DNA of 64,000 nt from Myxococcaceae bacterium (GTDB taxonomy: Bacteria; Myxococcota_A; Polyangia; Polyangiales; Ga0077539). Under the pieces are notes generated by a model that saw nothing but the letters and a program-made list of their open reading frames with translations, made no database searches and was not told the DNA's origin. The stretch is taken from assembly GCA_028287085.1 (NCBI GenBank), contig JAQBQI010000114.1, positions 6,755-70,754 on the forward strand, given 5' to 3'. The position numbers were made by a program, and so were the translations under genes. Below are positions 62,301 through 64,000 of this stretch, piece by piece (the stretch's first letter is position 1; every line of letters starts with the position of its first letter).

Positions 62301-63686
62301 GGCCTGCCAGCGAAGCTTGTGGGAACGTCGACCGTCGGAGGCGACCGCGATGGAAGCCAGAATGCGAGGAGGACCGTCGGGCAGGTCGGAAAACCAATTC
62401 TCGCTCGGCGCGTCCTCAGGGGACGCAAACTGAGCGGCGACGAGGTTAGCAATGTCCGGGCGATTGGGGTCCAGCGCCAACAGCGCCGCCCACGCCTCCC
62501 GGGCAAGACCAGGGGACTGGCCATCGGTGGCGCGTCTCCCCGCTTCCTCCAGCAACTCGAGCCGCTCTCGGAGCGCGACGTCAATCGATCGGCTGCGCGT
62601 GAGCAACCTCGAAAGCAGCGGGCCGGTCGCTCCCGTCGCGCGATAGTGGTCGATCGTGGCCCGCTGTACGGAGTCCGAAGAGGGGTCGGCCGCCTCCGCG
62701 AAGTTCAGCAACCGTTCGACGAGGTGTGGGCCCATGCCAGCGGATCCCATCGCTTCGGCGAGTCCAAGCGCGACCGGAACGATCTCGCTCGGCTCGTTCC
62801 GCCTCCGACTGTCGAGAACGTTCATGAGTTGGGAGAGGACGGATTGCCAGTCTCTCAGTTCGTGCGCCAGTTCGGCCAGCTCGTGGATGCGCCCCTCGTC
62901 GAAGGGGCCCCACTCCAAGGCGCGCGACTTGGCCCCGAAAACGGCGTAGGCCTCGCCGCTGAGCTGTGGGGGCCTCGGGAGGTTCTCGTAGAATGCGTCG
63001 AGCAGCTGGCGCGTGTCGTGGAGGCCGACGCGCACGCCATATTTGCGGCGGCCGTCCCTCGCCGCGTCCCACGAGAACGACGTGTCGAGAATCCTTCTGC
63101 GAAGTTCGTCGACAGTCCAGAGCGCCGTCATGCGGTCGACGAGCGCCCGAGACGGAGTCCCGAGCTCCTGCGCCTCCAGCCACCGCCAGTTCCGGTCCGG
63201 CGCGATGAAGAGCGCGCTCGTGCTGTCGAGGAAGCCCTTCAGCTTGATGGAGAAGTCGGACTCGACGACTCCCTTGAGAACGCCCCGCCTGTTCTTCTCA
63301 TTCTGAAAGCTCCCGGTAACCCAGATGACGCCGGCACGGAGCGCCCCCGGGTAGGGGGCGGTGTGGTCGGCGTCGCTTCCGAGCAGCGCAAGCAACGCTG
63401 CGAGCTGCCCCGACGCGCCCTTGAGCAGGTCGGGACGATCCTTGTACTCTTCCGAGATGCTCCAGTCCTCGTTGGAGAACGTGTCATCCATGAAGAACCG
63501 CGCGTGCGAGGCGATCTTGTTCAGGTGGAGGTTCTTCAGGATCGTGGCGTTCTTCACTGCCGCGAATCCACTCGCCTCCGTAGTCCCGGCCCGGATCCGA
63601 ACGACTGCGGCTTCGTCACACCCGTCGTCGGCGGCTCGCGAAAGGACGAGAGGAAAGCCGAGCCGCGGTTCCTTGGGAAACGCCAT
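59364..63686 (-). CDS. Giant protein (1440 aa): N-terminal Lon-protease (S16) catalytic-domain-like region followed by long helical/TPR-like repeats
   Basis: The N-terminal ~190 aa follow the Lon_C pattern: ..LKGASGQLAALLALLG.. (compare GPSAG.A...AL.S with the catalytic Ser), ..GVIWVTGSF....GVLKGVV..SIKLKGF.. (compare AMTGEI..G.V..IGG...K..AA with the catalytic Lys), and ..ALFIAPDRN (compare VIIP..N). The remainder is helix-repeat rich (..YREAVQLGAATVDLAGH.., ..LLELAVIHLAAGELDDAERVIDS..). I found no Walker A motif. Confidence 0.7.
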   Translation of the reverse strand: MAFPKEPRLGFPLVLSRAADDGCDEAAVVRIRAGTTEASGFAAVKNATILKNLHLNKIASHARFFMDDTFSNEDWSISEEYKDRPDLLKGASGQLAALLALLGSDADHTAPYPGALRAGVIWVTGSFQNEKNRRGVLKGVVESDFSIKLKGFLDSTSALFIAPDRNWRWLEAQELGTPSRALVDRMTALWTVDELRRRILDTSFSWDAARDGRRKYGVRVGLHDTRQLLDAFYENLPRPPQLSGEAYAVFGAKSRALEWGPFDEGRIHELAELAHELRDWQSVLSQLMNVLDSRRRNEPSEIVPVALGLAEAMGSAGMGPHLVERLLNFAEAADPSSDSVQRATIDHYRATGATGPLLSRLLTRSRSIDVALRERLELLEEAGRRATDGQSPGLAREAWAALLALDPNRPDIANLVAAQFASPEDAPSENWFSDLPDGPPRILASIAVASDGRRSHKLRWQALHTAVSIAARVRVLLPATEVLPLALALQPTPKALIELVAPVAPLRDALLEHYCRTASAAGDQTMMVRFLRIFIDVTGELGVAMDALTRHHSSGLRLRLATEVALDATLREELRQLALEQVLDQALAMGPKAPGGGAVRLRDVLQELASVPAPRPLVNAALARLRATNEHALRRDLLRTVLQADPADPGRVLLLIELGELEERLGRLPEAFASYREAVQLGAATVDLAGHIDRTVERGTSSIANAEDPLLAIRPLLQWDPSLSQVRRVFEQLVEARQDWHSLLSSKRYRLECEVGAARIPLLWEMAVLFQDRLHSPTGAISWCEEILKLDQRHAAANELLSRLRPRARLVGARPSSQASTPALPPNQLAATEIRARSGADSRPHQPARVRGSDVQPLVSRTRTDLAPTSSAAKRSPSTAGPGQEAQTAQAGSGATAGTLQAKESPALGATPRERPADEVPGALTWKDTALAILELSNERREEVLRRTVERARARGALQPLQIAFRTCCADADPALYRRFLELMGPVTSPSRSTSTEPNPTRTRAERSPSTTRQAIGAASAKPIVKKSAETWIGKVDALKALSPASTWRAVETLVNLAHGEGEAEELARAFHARCAVTHASLYLDFQLIVERLSKKATRLPSPARQAIPALPARQECEGPVDGDQVRELSRLIKAGNVATDPRTASGHFLHAADIALSVLRDFPRAAMLYQHAYARRDSRNTLPPYRDVDGRSSPDESTWAALREVAQVQPMNHELSVRERMRRIALVLRNDAKDETAFARIHIRIASFSMTEEESLWDLIDVFKSRKVFTALQAESADQPLFIEVVGRMVKLCDVDRHRSHPEGALSARVLNFAGMLSELRGSHAQAMADLGWAMVADPSQAESRARLRAAARRASDLPQLRDFYYHAVLDHPQSGERRHLLLELAVIHLAAGELDDAERVIDSIKPAANEDESTRRIISAVRATAPLLGPRAWSLLAE

Positions 63687-63694
63687 GGCGAACC

Positions 63695-64000
63695 CTACTC
63701 CGCGACTACTTCGATGCGGCTCAATTTCAAGGGGTCAAACCCCAGCCGCCTGGTCATGATATCGTAGCGTCTCAACCCTTGCTCGGCCGCGGGAGCGCCG
63801 AGTTCGAACCACGATGGCCGCAGGGACCGGTCCGTCGGGATGAGGCACACCCAGAACGTGCAAGTCGTCTCCGGCTGAACGGACCACGCCAGCGTCACGC
63901 CCTCGGAATGGTAGCGAAACTCAATCCGAATCTGCCCCGATTCGTCCCCACACGTCCACGGGACGACGAGTCGATAGGGCTCTCTGGTCGTTGCGCGCTC
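63695..64000 (-). CDS. Partial hypothetical protein (C-terminal ~100 aa; the 5' end is beyond the window) immediately upstream of the Lon-like/TPR gene
   Basis: The minus-strand frame is open from the window edge: ..EPYRLVVPWTCGDESGQIRIEFRYHSEGVTLAWSVQPETTCTFWVCLIPTDRSLRPSWFELGAP..LKLSRIEVVAE. The stop is 8 nt before ATG 63686, which suggests co-transcription. Confidence 0.5.
   Translation of the reverse strand, partial: ERATTREPYRLVVPWTCGDESGQIRIEFRYHSEGVTLAWSVQPETTCTFWVCLIPTDRSLRPSWFELGAPAAEQGLRRYDIMTRRLGFDPLKLSRIEVVAE

Overview
High-GC bacterial window (by eye about 65-70% GC, with several lower-GC patches). The content looks Myxococcota-like, an inference from a Cys-rich/beta-propeller lipoprotein and the codon style. 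Almost all of it is accessory DNA. Left to right: (1) An IS graveyard: a partial IS701-like transposase, then a minus-strand IS630-family element split by a second, intact-looking IS630 element with 27-bp inverted repeats and a TA duplication. (2) A lower-GC three-gene ATP-grasp (graspetide-type RiPP-like) cassette, followed by another IS630 remnant. (3) A four-gene, translationally coupled plus-strand operon: a 933-aa unknown, a 358-aa unknown, a ~2012-aa DEAH helicase fused to a DUF1998-type Cys cluster (DruE-like), and a NERD nuclease/UvrD-like helicase. (4) A minus-strand cluster: thyX, DNA methyltransferase, Ser/Thr kinase::P-loop ATPase fusion, Rossmann-like protein. (5) Two divergently transcribed, paralogous operons. 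Each combines a DUF4338-like (DruA-like) protein with a P-loop ATPase, a mid-size protein and a giant protein, and the order and sizes of that trio mirror DptF-DptG-DptH (DndFGH). One copy carries a HerA/FtsK-type ATPase domain plus an endonuclease-III-like Fe-S protein; the other lacks both. No dnd/ssp modification genes are visible. (6) A PD-(D/E)xK-like gene and a tyrosine recombinase. (7) A lipoprotein. (8) A ~9.7-kb integrative/mobilizable element: DUF932, sigma-54 activator, coupling-protein-like ATPase, trypsin-like protease, Replic_Relax-like protein, excisionase, integrase, and a tRNA-3'-end-like att fragment. (9) A 1440-aa Lon-protease-like/TPR protein whose upstream partner runs off the window. 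I saw no rRNA, no intact tRNA and no CRISPR array. The best candidate for an undescribed system is the mirrored pair of DUF4338 + DptFGH-like operons (24.5-43.9 kb). The helicase operon and the thyX-MTase-kinase cluster are second-tier candidates. All family names come from by-eye motif recognition; no database search or computation was run.
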